DNA from: Acidobacteriota bacterium
GTDB lineage: Bacteria > Acidobacteriota > UBA890 > WLXD01
Direction: 5' to 3'
DNA: 64,000 nucleotides
NCBI GenBank assembly: GCA_965205505.1
Contig: CBDBHB010000007.1
Span: forward strand, 320,001 to 384,000
The notes under the pieces are model-generated. The model made no database searches and was not told where the DNA came from. It saw nothing but the letters and a program-made list of their open reading frames with translations. The position numbers were made by a program, and so were the translations under genes. Positions 46,116-56,639 of this stretch are shown in pieces. Within the stretch, counting starts at the first letter, position 1. Each line of letters starts with the position of its first letter.

Positions 46116-47611
46116 TGGAGGCGCTTCGTACCGAGATCGTTCTCGCGTTCGTCGTCATCTACATGGGCGCCTGCATCGGAGTCGGCCTGTGGGCCCTGCG
46201 GCGCACCGAGTCGACGCGTGACTTCTTCATGGCTGGCCGCGACATCGGCATCGCCGTCACCGGCCTGGCGATTTTCTCGAGCACGATGAGCGGCTTCGGT
46301 TTCGTCGGCGGCCCCGGGCTGGTGTACTCGATGGGCATCGCCTCGATATGGATCGTGCTCACCGCCGCGGCCGGGTGGGGAGTCAACGACTTTCTCATCG
46401 CCAAACGGCTGCGCATGTTTGCCGGTTTCTTCGACACCGTGTCGCTGCCCGATGCTGTCGCTGCGCGATACGGCAACGAGACCACTCGGCTGCTTACCGC
46501 GCTGGCGATCCTGCTTGGCGTGATGGGTTACTTGGCCACGCAGATCCTCGCCATGGCGACCGTGCTGCAGAGCATCCTGCAGGGCACCGACAAGTTCGCC
46601 GATGTCGGCCTGGTTGCCTGTGTGGTGGTATCGCTGTCGGTGTTGCTGTTCTACTGCGTCACCGGTGGGATTCTCGCCTCGGTCTACACGGACGTCTTCC
46701 AGGGTTCCGTGATGATCGTGGCGGCCGTGCTGGTGTTCATCGCCGCCTGGGTGGCCCTGCCGGGCGGACCCACGGAAGTAATGGAGACGATCGCGCTTGA
46801 CGATCCCGAAGCCGCGGGCCCGTGGGGCACCTTGGGCATGATCGGTTGCCTGTCGTGGATGTTCATGTTTGCGGTGGGCGTGGCCGGCCAGCCGCATCTG
46901 CTCACCAAGGGCATGATGATCCAGCGGCTGCGTGACTACCGCTGGGTACCGGCGCTCACGGTGTTTGGTTACATGGTCGCTTCGCTGTTGTGGGTCGGCA
47001 TCGGCCTGGTCATGCGCGCGCTGGTACTACAGGGAGCGCATCCGGAGCTCGCGACTGCCGACGCGGCGGCGCCGGAATTCCTGCAGAGCTACGCCCATCC
47101 GCTGCTCGCCGGCGTTGTCATCGCCGGGCTCTTCGCGGCCATCATGTCGACGGCTGATGGTTTCTTGAACATCGGCGCCGCGGCCATCGTGCACGACATT
47201 CCCCATGCGCTGCGCGGCCGATCGCTGGAGCACGAGCTGTTCTGGGCGCGCACCGGCACGGTGTTGATCGGCGTCGTCGCTGCGGTCTTCGCACTCTACT
47301 CGCATTACCAGAACGCCCGGTTGGTGGCGCTCCTGGGCGCCTTCGGCTGGGGCACGTTCGGGGCCGCTCTGGTGCCGGTGGTAGCAGTCGGGTTCAACTG
47401 GAAGCGTGCCACGGCGCTAGCCGCCAACACTGCAATCGCCACCAGCCTGGTCATCAACTTCTCGGTGGAAGTATTCAACATCTCGTTGCCGCACAACATC
47501 CATGGCGGCACGCTGGCGCTGTTGGTATCGCTGTTACTTTTCTTCGGCATCTCCTACGCGTCACCGCCGCCGGTGCTCGATCCTGATGTCGAAGCGTTGA
47601 TGGACATCTGA
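46115..47611 (+). CDS. Sodium:solute symporter (PutP/PanF-like)
   Basis: DFFMAGR, SGFGFVGGPG, YTDVFQG, GQPH, AAIMSTAD. Confidence 0.88.
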   Translation: MEALRTEIVLAFVVIYMGACIGVGLWALRRTESTRDFFMAGRDIGIAVTGLAIFSSTMSGFGFVGGPGLVYSMGIASIWIVLTAAAGWGVNDFLIAKRLRMFAGFFDTVSLPDAVAARYGNETTRLLTALAILLGVMGYLATQILAMATVLQSILQGTDKFADVGLVACVVVSLSVLLFYCVTGGILASVYTDVFQGSVMIVAAVLVFIAAWVALPGGPTEVMETIALDDPEAAGPWGTLGMIGCLSWMFMFAVGVAGQPHLLTKGMMIQRLRDYRWVPALTVFGYMVASLLWVGIGLVMRALVLQGAHPELATADAAAPEFLQSYAHPLLAGVVIAGLFAAIMSTADGFLNIGAAAIVHDIPHALRGRSLEHELFWARTGTVLIGVVAAVFALYSHYQNARLVALLGAFGWGTFGAALVPVVAVGFNWKRATALAANTAIATSLVINFSVEVFNISLPHNIHGGTLALLVSLLLFFGISYASPPPVLDPDVEALMDI

Positions 47612-47646
47612 CCGGCCGGTTCTGTCGCACTGCAGGGGCGACGGGC

Positions 47647-47760
47647 TCAGATCCGGCGATGCGGCTGCACCTGATAGAGCACGACCGACATCAGACGCCC
47701 GAGACCGGCCGCCAGTAGGAGTCCAACGGCGGTTCCGATCACCAGCTGCCGCATTCCCGT
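47647..47760 (-). pseudogene. Fragment of an ABC (ADOP-type) permease C-terminus
   Basis: GMRQLVIGTAVGLLLAAGLGRLMSVVLYQVQP resembles the final TM region of the intact permeases in this window. Confidence 0.5.
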
Positions 47761-47940
47761 GTACCCGGGCGTACAGTGAGCAGCGTCGGCCCGCTTCGGT
47801 TCCCGCTGCGCTCGCGTAGCACGGAATCCCGGCGGCCCAATCTCCATGACACATCGATCGACTACGCAGTAAGGTCTCCGGCGACCACCGTGAGACGCGG
47901 AGGTCGACCTGTACCGACGGCTGCTGGACGACGCGGGCGA

Positions 47941-47994
47941 ATGAGCGATCAGTTCTTTGAGAGACCGATTCTCAACAACCCCTACGAGTACCCA
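47941..47994 (+). pseudogene. N-terminal remnant resembling a type III restriction endonuclease (Res subunit)
   Basis: MSDQFFERPILNNPYEYP, recalled as the N-terminus of BPTD_3080-like Res proteins; similarity is lost after about 18 codons. Confidence 0.45.
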
Positions 47995-48133
47995 AACTCC
48001 AAGCGTTCAGGTGTCCACGGAAGTGAGGTAACTTCACCCCCCTCACCAACTGCAGCAGCGTGACCGGACACCGCCTAGCTGGTAACTCTCGGCTACAATC
48101 TCCACCTTCTGCATCTCAAGCACCCCACGGATC

Positions 48134-50634
48134 ATGAAGAAGACCGTCTCTATCTGGGCCATTGTGGTAATCACAGCAGGCTTGTCAATAGGCATTGGTT
48201 GTCGTGGAACTTCTGTAGACACAGCGCCACCCCGAGCCATCGAAGGTGTCCTTGACCTGACCGATTGGGATTTTGACGAGGATGGTCCCATCGACCTTTC
48301 CGGCGAATATGAGTTTCGCTGGCAACACCACTCGATACCGACAGCGCCGCCGGGACCAGACCGCTCAGACATAGATGGCTTCATTGAGGTGCCTGGATCC
48401 TGGAACGGTCATGAGGTCGATGGAAAGAAACTCCCCGGCCTGGGTCATGCTACGTACCGGTTAAGGGTTCTTCTGAAAGATACTCTTCCTCTCGCCTTCA
48501 AGTTCTTGGATATGGGTACCGCATACACAGTAATTGCAAACGGCGACGAGATTCTATCTGTCGGCAAAGCCGGTTCGACCCCCAGACAACCGTGCCTCGG
48601 TATTTCCCTCAAGTGGTCGAGTTTGTGCCCGGACTAAATCGTATCGACCTTGTGTATCAGGTATCGAACTTCCATCACAGAAGCGGTGGCACGTGGGAAG
48701 TTGTCCGCCTGGGAACCAGGGAATAGATCCACAGAATCAGAGACAACCGCCTTGCCGGCGACTTGATCTTGTTCGGAAGCATTCTAATTATGGGCCTTTA
48801 TCACATTGGCCTTTTTGCATTCAGACGAAAGGACGCGTCACTAATCTATTTTGCGCTGTTCTGACTTCTGGTCGCGGTTAGAATCCTTACTACAGCGGAA
48901 CGATACCTTCTTCATCTCTTTCCGACCATGAGCTGGGAACTATTCGTTAAGATCGAGTATCTCTCCTATTATCTCGGAGTCGGGGCTTTTGCTCTGTTCT
49001 TTCGCTCTCTATTTAGCAACGACTTCAACACGACTCCATTGAGTAAGGGTTTCAATACAACGGTTCTGCGCATAGTTGTCGCGGTTAGCGTTGTATGTTC
49101 CTTGGTCGTCTTGACGACGCCGGTGATAATTTTCTCCTATACGTCCCAAGGGTATCAGCTATTCACGATATGGATCCTTAGTTATGGATTCTATGTTGTC
49201 CTTCGGGAGACGATTCGCAAGAGAGAAGGAGCGATCTTCATTCTAGCCGGCTACTCAGTTCTGTTCATAGCAATCATTAACGACATCTTGGATGTCAACG
49301 AGATAGTTCAGACTGGGCACATGCTGGGATTGGGGCTGTTTGGATTTATTCTTTCGCACGCATTGCTGCTGTCATTTCGTTATTCGAGCGCTTTCAGGAT
49401 TATTGACTTGCAGCGCCAGGACTTGGAACGGACAAATATCAGATATAGGAACGAAATGATCGAGCGAAGGCTGGCTGAAGAAGAAGCCCTGGAATTGCAA
49501 AGCAGGCTTGCGCGTTCACAGAAGATGGAAGCCATTGGGCGCTTGGCGGGTGGCATCAGCCACGACTTCAACAACCTCTTGACTTCCATCATGGTGGGCA
49601 GTGAACTCGTTTGGGACGGCCTTCGGCGCACAGACCCGCTCCGCAAAGAGGTGGAGGACATCACGGCGGCGGCCTACCGTGGCGCTTCGCTGACGGCTGG
49701 GCTCCTGTCGTTCAGTCGTCAGCGGGTGCTTCAGCCGGAAGTCCTGCACCTTGACGCTGTCGTCACTGGAGTCGAAAAGGTGCTCCGGCGCGTCATGAAT
49801 GAGAACATCGAGCTGGTCAGGGTGCCGGACGGGGGACGCGGATGCGTCAATGCCGACCCAGGGCAGGTCGAGTCGCTCATCTTGAATCTGGCTGTCAATG
49901 TCGGGGACTCTATGCCCAAAGGTGGCACGCTCACGATTAGGACCGCCGACGTTGATCTGGACGAGGACTATTGCAATAGGCGTGTTGATGCCAGGCTAGG
50001 GCCTTACGTGGTGTTGGTAATGACCGACACCGGTTCTAGTATGGACGCCGAGACTCAAAGCCACATCTTTGAGCCTTTCTTCACGACCAAAGAGAAAGGC
50101 AAGGGGACGGGGCTGGGTCTGTCGACGGTCTACGGCTTCGTAAAGCAGAGCGGCGGGCACATAGAGGTCGACAGTGACCCCGGGCGAGGAACGAGCTTCA
50201 GGATCTACCTGCCGCGGGTCGACGAAGCGGTCGGAAAGCTACCACCTCAAGCGACCTCTGAGCTGCCGCATGGGTCGGAGACCATTATGCTCGTGGAAAA
50301 CGGAGAGCGAGTTCGGCGAGCGCTGGTCAAGGTGTTGCGCCACTGCGGCTACGAGGTGTTCGATATAGGGCACCCTGTCGACGCGATTCAGGCGTGTAGA
50401 GATCACAGTGGACCGATTCATCTGATGGTAACCGACATCGTGATGCCCGAGATGACCGGCGTGAAGCTGGCCGAAAAGATAGCCTGGATGTACCCGGACA
50501 TAAAGATCTTGTTCATGTCGGGCTATACCGAAGAACTCGTTCATCCATTACCGTCGGGATCCGCGTTCCTGGCGAAGCCGTTTGGCTCCCGAGACCTGGC
50601 GCAGAAGGTGCGCAAGCTGCTGGATTCCGCTTGA
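48134..50634 (+). pseudogene. 7TM-DISM hybrid sensor histidine kinase/response regulator, disrupted
   Basis: DLSGEYEF, VPGSWN, GHATYRL; frameshift near 48580; in-frame TAG 48724 and TGA 48862; then GRLAGGISHDFNNLL, FEPFFTTK, GTGLGL and a receiver domain (TDIVMP, MSGY, KPF). Confidence 0.85.
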
Positions 50635-50804
50635 ATAGCGGTCCGTGGCGGTAGTGGATTTCAAGCCGGGTAGGCAGAAGCGGGGGAACAAGGCGCCGTT
50701 TCAAGAAGAAGTGCGGAGATCAGGCGGCGTTGGTGCATGGCTCCTGATCTCAGCGCATCATCGTGGCAAGGTCCCCGATCTGGAGTTGCCACCCATGAAG
50801 TACC

Positions 50805-50900
50805 CCGTGACGATCCGCGGGGAGCGCCACTACTTCTGGCGCGCTGTTGATCAGGACGGCGACGTGATCGATATCTTGGTCCAACGGCGACGAAACGCCT
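50805..50900 (+). mobile_element. IS6 family transposase fragment
   Basis: VTIRGERHYFWRAVDQDGDVIDILVQRRRN. Confidence 0.75.
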
Positions 50901-51087
50901 GCGCCGCCAACTTCGAGGGCGGGCCTTTGGGACCTGGGGCAAGGTAGTCACCGCCTGAGCCAAGTCGGCTCTAGGCCGCAGCTCGCCCGGAGCCGAGCGT
51001 CGCGTCCTTAACTTGACAGTGCCCTCGCGTAAGTTCAACAGACGGCAAAGGAAATCAACTCTCGTTAACCGAGTCCTCATCACACAC

Positions 51088-51124
51088 GGTGGAAGTCCCA
51101 GGTTCAAATCCCGGTGCGCCCACT
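51088..51124 (+). other. Degenerate 3' tRNA fragment (possible att remnant)
   Basis: CCAGG-TTCAAAT-CCCGG T arm followed by TGCGCCCA; no 5' half. Confidence 0.45.
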
Positions 51125-51129
51125 CCTGA

Positions 51130-51604
51130 ATATCGCAGAGCTTCGTTCCGCCATTCCGCGCCTGGGCTCGCTGTTCGCTCCCAGGCGAGGGGAGCCCGCC
51201 TGCCTAGGTCTTGGGCTTGGTCACCCGGTTGCCCACCGGTTTGTGGACGCGGAGACGACAGGGCCTCCCAGGTTCCTGGGCATCCCTCGTGCGCGCATGC
51301 CCCGCTCTCGGACCCCGGTGGAATCTCGGTGTCAGGCCCTTTCCGACACCTCGATGCTGCCTTCCGCTGTTGTGACGGCGTCGGCTTCTACGCCTTCCAA
51401 CTTTCGGGGCTCTATCACGCAGCCTGCTCGCTCCCTGTGTACGCTTCGCGGCGCCGGTTACCCGCTCACCACGCAACACTCGGTTCCGGCTGGTGGCCAG
51501 CCTTTGCCGGGCGGGGCTGTTTACCCGCCGGGATGCTCAGAGGATTTCCGAGCCTGTCATCTTTCGACCTCTCTTCCCTCCTCTCCAGGCTTTGCCTGGC
51601 GCAA
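51130..51604 (-). mobile_element. Group II intron 5' fragment (domain I and downstream), no RT ORF and no D5/D6
   Basis: Minus strand begins TTGCGCCAGGCAAAGCCTGG and contains CCAGCCGGAACCGAGTGTTGCGTGG, GCGAAGCGTACACAGGG, AGCCCCGAAA, GCGGAAGGCAGCA, CCACCGGGGTCCGAGAGCGGGGCATG, CCCAGGAACCTGGGAGGCCC. Confidence 0.75.
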
Positions 51605-52199
51605 CACAACTTCCGGGTATATCTCTTTCTCAGATGGAAGAAGGTAGAGGATGCGATAGTCTTTACGAAGCAGAATGTCCTCTCCGTCCTTAAGCAATGC
51701 AACGATCAGATCTACTCCGACAAGGTAGAGATTGTCCCTCTGTCCGACGTCATCAAAACCCACGGCGTTCGTCGGCCGTTGCCTAAGGATGCTGACGCGA
51801 GAAAGAAGTTGCTAATCCACAGTGGGTTTCTCAAAGAGAAAGGGGTTCCCTTCTACCTTTCCACGCGCAAGAAGGGGACGCTTGATCCGACATTCGATGC
51901 ATCGTCGCTGCGGTAGCGTCTCGTTCGGCTCAACGCACAATGTCGCTATCGCGGCACGAATGGCGCACACTCGCCGAGACGACAGCCTACCCCTCGCCCA
52001 GCGTAGTTCCCCTACTAGACCATAGCCGACGGGCTCGGCGTCCGCAGGAAATAAGTCGAGGCCTCAGAATTGATTCTGGCGGCCGTCGACGAGGCCTCCA
52101 CAGCCGGTGCTGGTCTTGAAGAACTCCGATAGCTGCGGATCGCCATCATCTGGATACGAGTCTCTCCTACCGAGCGGCGTCGACCATAGAGAGGAGAAT

Positions 52200-53231
52200 A
52201 TGATCCAGTCTTGCAACACGCCCGGGGGTAGGCTCGTTGCCTCGGCCCTAGTTTTCTTGCTGGCTAGCACCGTAGTCCGAGCCGACACCGGGATTCGGCT
52301 CGAGCTGGTGTCGTCCGAGGGAGGTATGACCACGGCGCTGGTCGATCCCCGCGATGGAACCGGCCGTCTCTTCATCGTGAAGCGGCCCGGGCAGATCTTG
52401 ATTCTCGAGGGCGGCAACGTCCTGCCTATCCCGTTTCTCGATCTCTCGAACAAGGTGTCGTGCTGTGAAAGCGAGCGCGGGATGGCGAGTCTCGCTTTCC
52501 ATCCTGACTACGAGACCAACGGCCGCTTCTTCGTCGGCTACGTCAACAACAACATCGAAACGGTGGTTTCGCGGTTCACGGTCTCAGCCGATCCGAGCCG
52601 AGCCGACCCTGCCTCCGAGCGCGAGCTACTGAGCTGGGAAAAGATCGGCACCCATCATCACGGTGGCATTCTGGCCTTCGGCCCCGACGGCTATCTCTAC
52701 GTCGCCAACGGTGAAGGAGACGAGCGGCTCGAGGCGCAGGATCTCGGGACGTTCCCGGGCACGATCCTACGGCTCGACGTTGACCGCGGCTCGACCTACA
52801 AGATTCCGCCGGACAACCCGTTCCGCAACATGCCCGGGGTGCTACCCGAGGTCTGGGCCTGGGGCGTGCGCAACCCCTGGCGGATCAGCTTCGATCGCAA
52901 GACCGGGGATCTTTTTATCGGCGACGTCGGCAGAACGCGCTACGAGGAGATCAACTTCGCTCCGGCCTCGAGTGAAGGTGGGCTCAACTACGGTTGGCCG
53001 ATCAAGGAGGCCGAGGAATGTCTCAAGAGTGAAGAGAAGTGCGCTGATCAGACGCTCGTCGATCCGATCATCCAGTACCCGCACGATCCAGATGACGATG
53101 AGTGCAATGCGGTCATCGGCGGCTACTTCTATCGCGGCCCTAAGGCTCCGACGCTGTACGGCACCTATATGTACGGAGATTTCTGCACCGGACAGATCTG
53201 GGGAGCACGACGTAACTCCGCTGGCGAGTAG
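52200..53231 (+). pseudogene. PQQ-dependent sugar dehydrogenase (glucose/sorbosone dehydrogenase family), C-terminally truncated
   Basis: ERGMASLAFHPDY, HHGGILAFGPDGYLY, GVRNPWRISFD, NYGWP, YGDFCTG; stops at AGE*ITNELLDTGL and lacks the usual terminal SFGED blade. Confidence 0.75.
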
Positions 53232-53442
53232 ATCACCAATGAGCTTCTCGACACTGGTCTCAAAGGCGATTCTGAGCCTGGGGTCAGTAGGGGGGTCCGC
53301 GGCAAAATGACGCCAGATCTTGAAACGAAGCCGGAGCCGACGGATCTCGATGCGATCCAACCGCGGTAATCATTCCGCGCTAGGACCGACTGTGCCCTTG
53401 ACCACCGGGGGCCTTATAGGTGTTAGATGGCTGTGCACCTCA

Positions 53443-53615
53443 TCAGTCGAAATTGACAGATACCTTGACGCCGCCCATTCCCGCCGCCGGAAGGACGTAT
53501 TCAGCCACGAGCCTATGTGGCAGCAGAAGCACGTCTTCATCGAACCGGTCGTAGTTGCCACGCGTCACCACGACGATCAGATCTAGCTCGGGAAACAGGA
53601 AAGCGCATTGCCCTT
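53443..53615 (-). pseudogene. C-terminal remnant of a serine hydrolase/beta-lactamase family gene
   Basis: GQCAFLFPELDLIVVVTRGNY...EYVLPA. Confidence 0.5.
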
Positions 53616-53673
53616 GTGCATAGATCATCGCGTGGCGCAGATCGCTGTGTCCAATTAGCTGCAACTCTCTCCA

Positions 53674-55170
53674 TCACGGGCGACTGTGGCCTTGTTGCCG
53701 GTACTGATCCAGCAGGGCTGTCAGGCGTGCCACCACATCGGGGTGTTGCCGGTAGATGTTGTTCGTCTCGCCGAGGTCTTCCGACAGGTTGTAGAGTTGC
53801 CCGGCGGGCTCACCCGGCCCCGGTTCGATGCGGATCGGCTCGGTAAAGCCGCCGGAGCCGCGCCCTTCGACCAGCTTCCAGGGTCCCTGGCGGATGGCGA
53901 ACATGCCGTCCGACGAATGATGGATAGCGGCGTCGCGCAGGGGCGTCTCCGGATTCTCACCCAGCAGGACGGGCAGCAGGCTGTAGCTGTCCTCCCCGGC
54001 GTCGCGAGGCAGTTCCGCTCCGACGACGGCAGCAAAGGTAGCCAACATGTCCGTCAGCGAGACCAGGGCGTCGCTCTGCGAAGCCGGCGCGATGCGGCCG
54101 GGCCAACGGATGATGAACGGAACCCGGTTGCCCCCTTCCCAGATGTCGGCCTTCTGCCCGCGCAGGTTCAGGTTGGCCCGGTGATCAAACTCGTCGATCT
54201 TGCTCCGCGGCCAGATGGCGCCATTGTCGCTGGTGAGGATAACCAGCGTGTTGTCCGTAATCCCCAGCCGGTCGACCGCGTCGAGGATCTGGCCGACGAC
54301 GCTGTCTACTTGCGCGGTGAAGTCGCCGTATTCGCCCACCACGGTCGTGCCCACGTACGGCGGCAGCGGCAACCATGGCGTGTGGGGCGCCGACAGGGGA
54401 ACGTACAAAAAGAAGGGCTGCTCCCTCGAGGCCCGGTCTTCGATGAACGCGACGGCCTTCTCGGCAGTGATCGGCAACACCTGATCGTGCTCGAAGCTCG
54501 GCGATATCGCCCCCTCCCGCCAGAACGCGCCGAAACAACATTCGAGGTTGCCTTCCGTGCGGGCGGTGGGCGCCTCGACAACGTGGTCGTTCTCGAAGTA
54601 GAGATACGGTTCAAAGTCCAGCGATGCGGGGATCCCGTAGTAATAGTCAAACCCCAGCGACGCGGGGCCTGGGCGCAGCGGCTTGCTGTAGTCGGTCCTC
54701 TCTTCATCGCCGAGGCCCAGGTGCCATTTTCCTACGCCGCCGGTGGCATAGCCCTGCTGCTTCAGCAACGACGCCACCGTCGTCCGGTTCGTGTCAATCA
54801 GGCTGGGCGAATAGCCTAGGAGGACGCCTTCTTTTAGATGGGTCCGCCAGGAATACTGCCCGGTCAGGAGCCCGTAACGCGTAGGCGTGCAGACGCCGGA
54901 GGGCGAATGCGCATCGGTAAACCGCATCCCCTCGGCAGCCAGGCGATCCATGTGCGGCGTCGGAATCTTGGAATCAGGGTTGTAGCTGCCCGGATCCCCG
55001 TAGCCCATGTCGTCGGCCAGGATGAGGATGATGTTGGGCGATTGCCGAGACGACGCTGCGGACGGCTCCTCCCCGGCTGTCTCCGGCCCGCACGATGCGA
55101 GCAGGAACATCGTCGACAGGGCTGCGCAGGCGCCGAGAATCTGGCGTATCGGACGGAATCGTCTGGTCAT
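53674..55170 (-). CDS. Arylsulfatase (lipoprotein)
   Basis: Lipobox [40 protein letters not shown]. Confidence 0.9.
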   Translation of the reverse strand: MTRRFRPIRQILGACAALSTMFLLASCGPETAGEEPSAASSRQSPNIILILADDMGYGDPGSYNPDSKIPTPHMDRLAAEGMRFTDAHSPSGVCTPTRYGLLTGQYSWRTHLKEGVLLGYSPSLIDTNRTTVASLLKQQGYATGGVGKWHLGLGDEERTDYSKPLRPGPASLGFDYYYGIPASLDFEPYLYFENDHVVEAPTARTEGNLECCFGAFWREGAISPSFEHDQVLPITAEKAVAFIEDRASREQPFFLYVPLSAPHTPWLPLPPYVGTTVVGEYGDFTAQVDSVVGQILDAVDRLGITDNTLVILTSDNGAIWPRSKIDEFDHRANLNLRGQKADIWEGGNRVPFIIRWPGRIAPASQSDALVSLTDMLATFAAVVGAELPRDAGEDSYSLLPVLLGENPETPLRDAAIHHSSDGMFAIRQGPWKLVEGRGSGGFTEPIRIEPGPGEPAGQLYNLSEDLGETNNIYRQHPDVVARLTALLDQYRQQGHSRP

Positions 55171-55262
55171 GGGAGGGCGCTGTCTGGGAGCGGGCAATCT
55201 GTCGTGTCCCGGCTTCCGTTGGCCGGAAGACTACGGGTTCAGGTCTGGATCCCCAAGAGAGT

Positions 55263-55528
55263 CGTGTCGAGCGGCTCAACAAGGAGGTTCGCCGGCGCAC
55301 CGATGTCGTCGGCATCTTCCCGAATCGAGCAGCCCTGATCCGCCTGGTTGGCGCCGTGCTCGCGGGACAGAACGTGGGCTATCTCCCGTCGCTATGTGAG
55401 CCTCGAGGTGATCTCCGAGGCGCTCTCCCCCCAACCCATCCACCAGCGTGATGAGGGCCTGCTCGTCATCAGCGCTTGAAAAGGGACCGACTCAGTGACC
55501 TTCATACACCACTTGACGGGACGTGACC
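55263..55528 (+). mobile_element. IS256 family remnant: transposase C-terminus plus right end
   Basis: [31 protein letters not shown], then TACACCACTTGACGGGACGTGACC resembling an IS256 terminal repeat. Confidence 0.8.
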
Positions 55529-55553
55529 AACACACGCTCTCAATTAAGCATAA

Positions 55554-56588
55554 TTGCTGGTCATGCTCACGGATCCTCCACATCTCGCAGCCCTTTCAGC
55601 CCGCCTGTTGATGGCAATCACCATCGCGGTCGTGCCTGCCATCGTCGCAGCCCAGCAAACGGGCGAGCCGGCAGAGGATGAACCTCCGCGCCGCGCCATC
55701 GTCGAGGCGTTGAGCACCGATCGTCCCGGTTTCTGGTGCGGTCCCTACGTCGTGGGGACCGGTATCTTGCAGATCGAGAGCGGGGTTGCCATCGACTGGT
55801 CACGTCGGGGTGATCAACGGTCGAATGGCCTCAGCACGCCTCTGGTACTGCGATACGGGTTGTCGGATCGCGTCGAGATGCGACTGAAGACGAGCGGGCT
55901 GGTGGTGGCTCGCGAGAGCAGCACCGACGTGCCCCGCACCACTAACGAGGGCATCGCCGCGCCGACCGTCAAGGCCAAGTGGCAACTGACCGAGAGCGAC
56001 GGCCCGACGTTGGCGCTGCTGCTGTCGACCGCCCTGCCGATCGGCAGCCCGGAGCTTCGCCCCGGCGAGCTTCAACCGGCGGCCCTAGCAGGCCGTGGTG
56101 AAAGTGTGGCGGGCCCTCCGGGCGATAGGGGGTTGCGCGCGTATGCTGCGTCGTTCCTCGTCAACGATGGGTATCCATCGCCTCCTCCTCTCTCCTTGCC
56201 TCCACTTCGCAAGACCCTGTCGCCAGGCCCGCCACACTTCCACCACGGCCTGCTAGTGTCGGCTGATCTGCCGGTGAGCGGCTCGGCAAGCATCTCGCTC
56301 AATGCCGGGGTAGTTTCCGCATTCGACGATGGCCTCGAGGGTCGGTTCGCGCAGGGTTTCTTCGCCGGCGTGCTCGGCTTCGCGCTAGCCGACGACTGGG
56401 GTGGTTTCGTCGAGGTGGCTGCCACGACCCCCGATGCCAAAGACGGCGACTCGGCGTTGTTCATCGACGGCGGAGTGAGCTGGGTAGTGAACCCGGATCT
56501 ACAGCTCGACCTGTCGGCGATTCGCGGAGTCACGGCAGCCGCCACAGACTGGACGGCGATGGTGGGGGTCAGCCTGCGATTCCGCTAG
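55554..56588 (+). CDS. Outer-membrane beta-barrel transporter (phenol degradation MetA-like) carrying an in-frame 56-aa repeat insertion
   Basis: Signal peptide, STDRP, LQIESG, LRYGLSDRVEMR, DLQLDLS, C-terminal GVSLRF. Confidence 0.75.
   Translation: MLVMLTDPPHLAALSARLLMAITIAVVPAIVAAQQTGEPAEDEPPRRAIVEALSTDRPGFWCGPYVVGTGILQIESGVAIDWSRRGDQRSNGLSTPLVLRYGLSDRVEMRLKTSGLVVARESSTDVPRTTNEGIAAPTVKAKWQLTESDGPTLALLLSTALPIGSPELRPGELQPAALAGRGESVAGPPGDRGLRAYAASFLVNDGYPSPPPLSLPPLRKTLSPGPPHFHHGLLVSADLPVSGSASISLNAGVVSAFDDGLEGRFAQGFFAGVLGFALADDWGGFVEVAATTPDAKDGDSALFIDGGVSWVVNPDLQLDLSAIRGVTAAATDWTAMVGVSLRFR
56085..56256. mobile_element. MITE/REP-like element, short copy (172 bp including both CTAG), inside a CDS
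   Basis: Same terminal repeats and right-hand interior as 25149-25427; net insertion 168 bp = 56 codons. Confidence 0.9.
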
Positions 56589-56639
56589 CCGTCTGCAGGG
56601 CTGTCTCGACGCGGGCGATCGGTCGACAAGCTCGCAGAG

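Noticed and set aside
51089-51916. 275-aa ORF as a real gene
   Set aside because: Its first ~170 codons are the antisense of the group II intron fragment; only the last ~100 codons may be a gene remnant.
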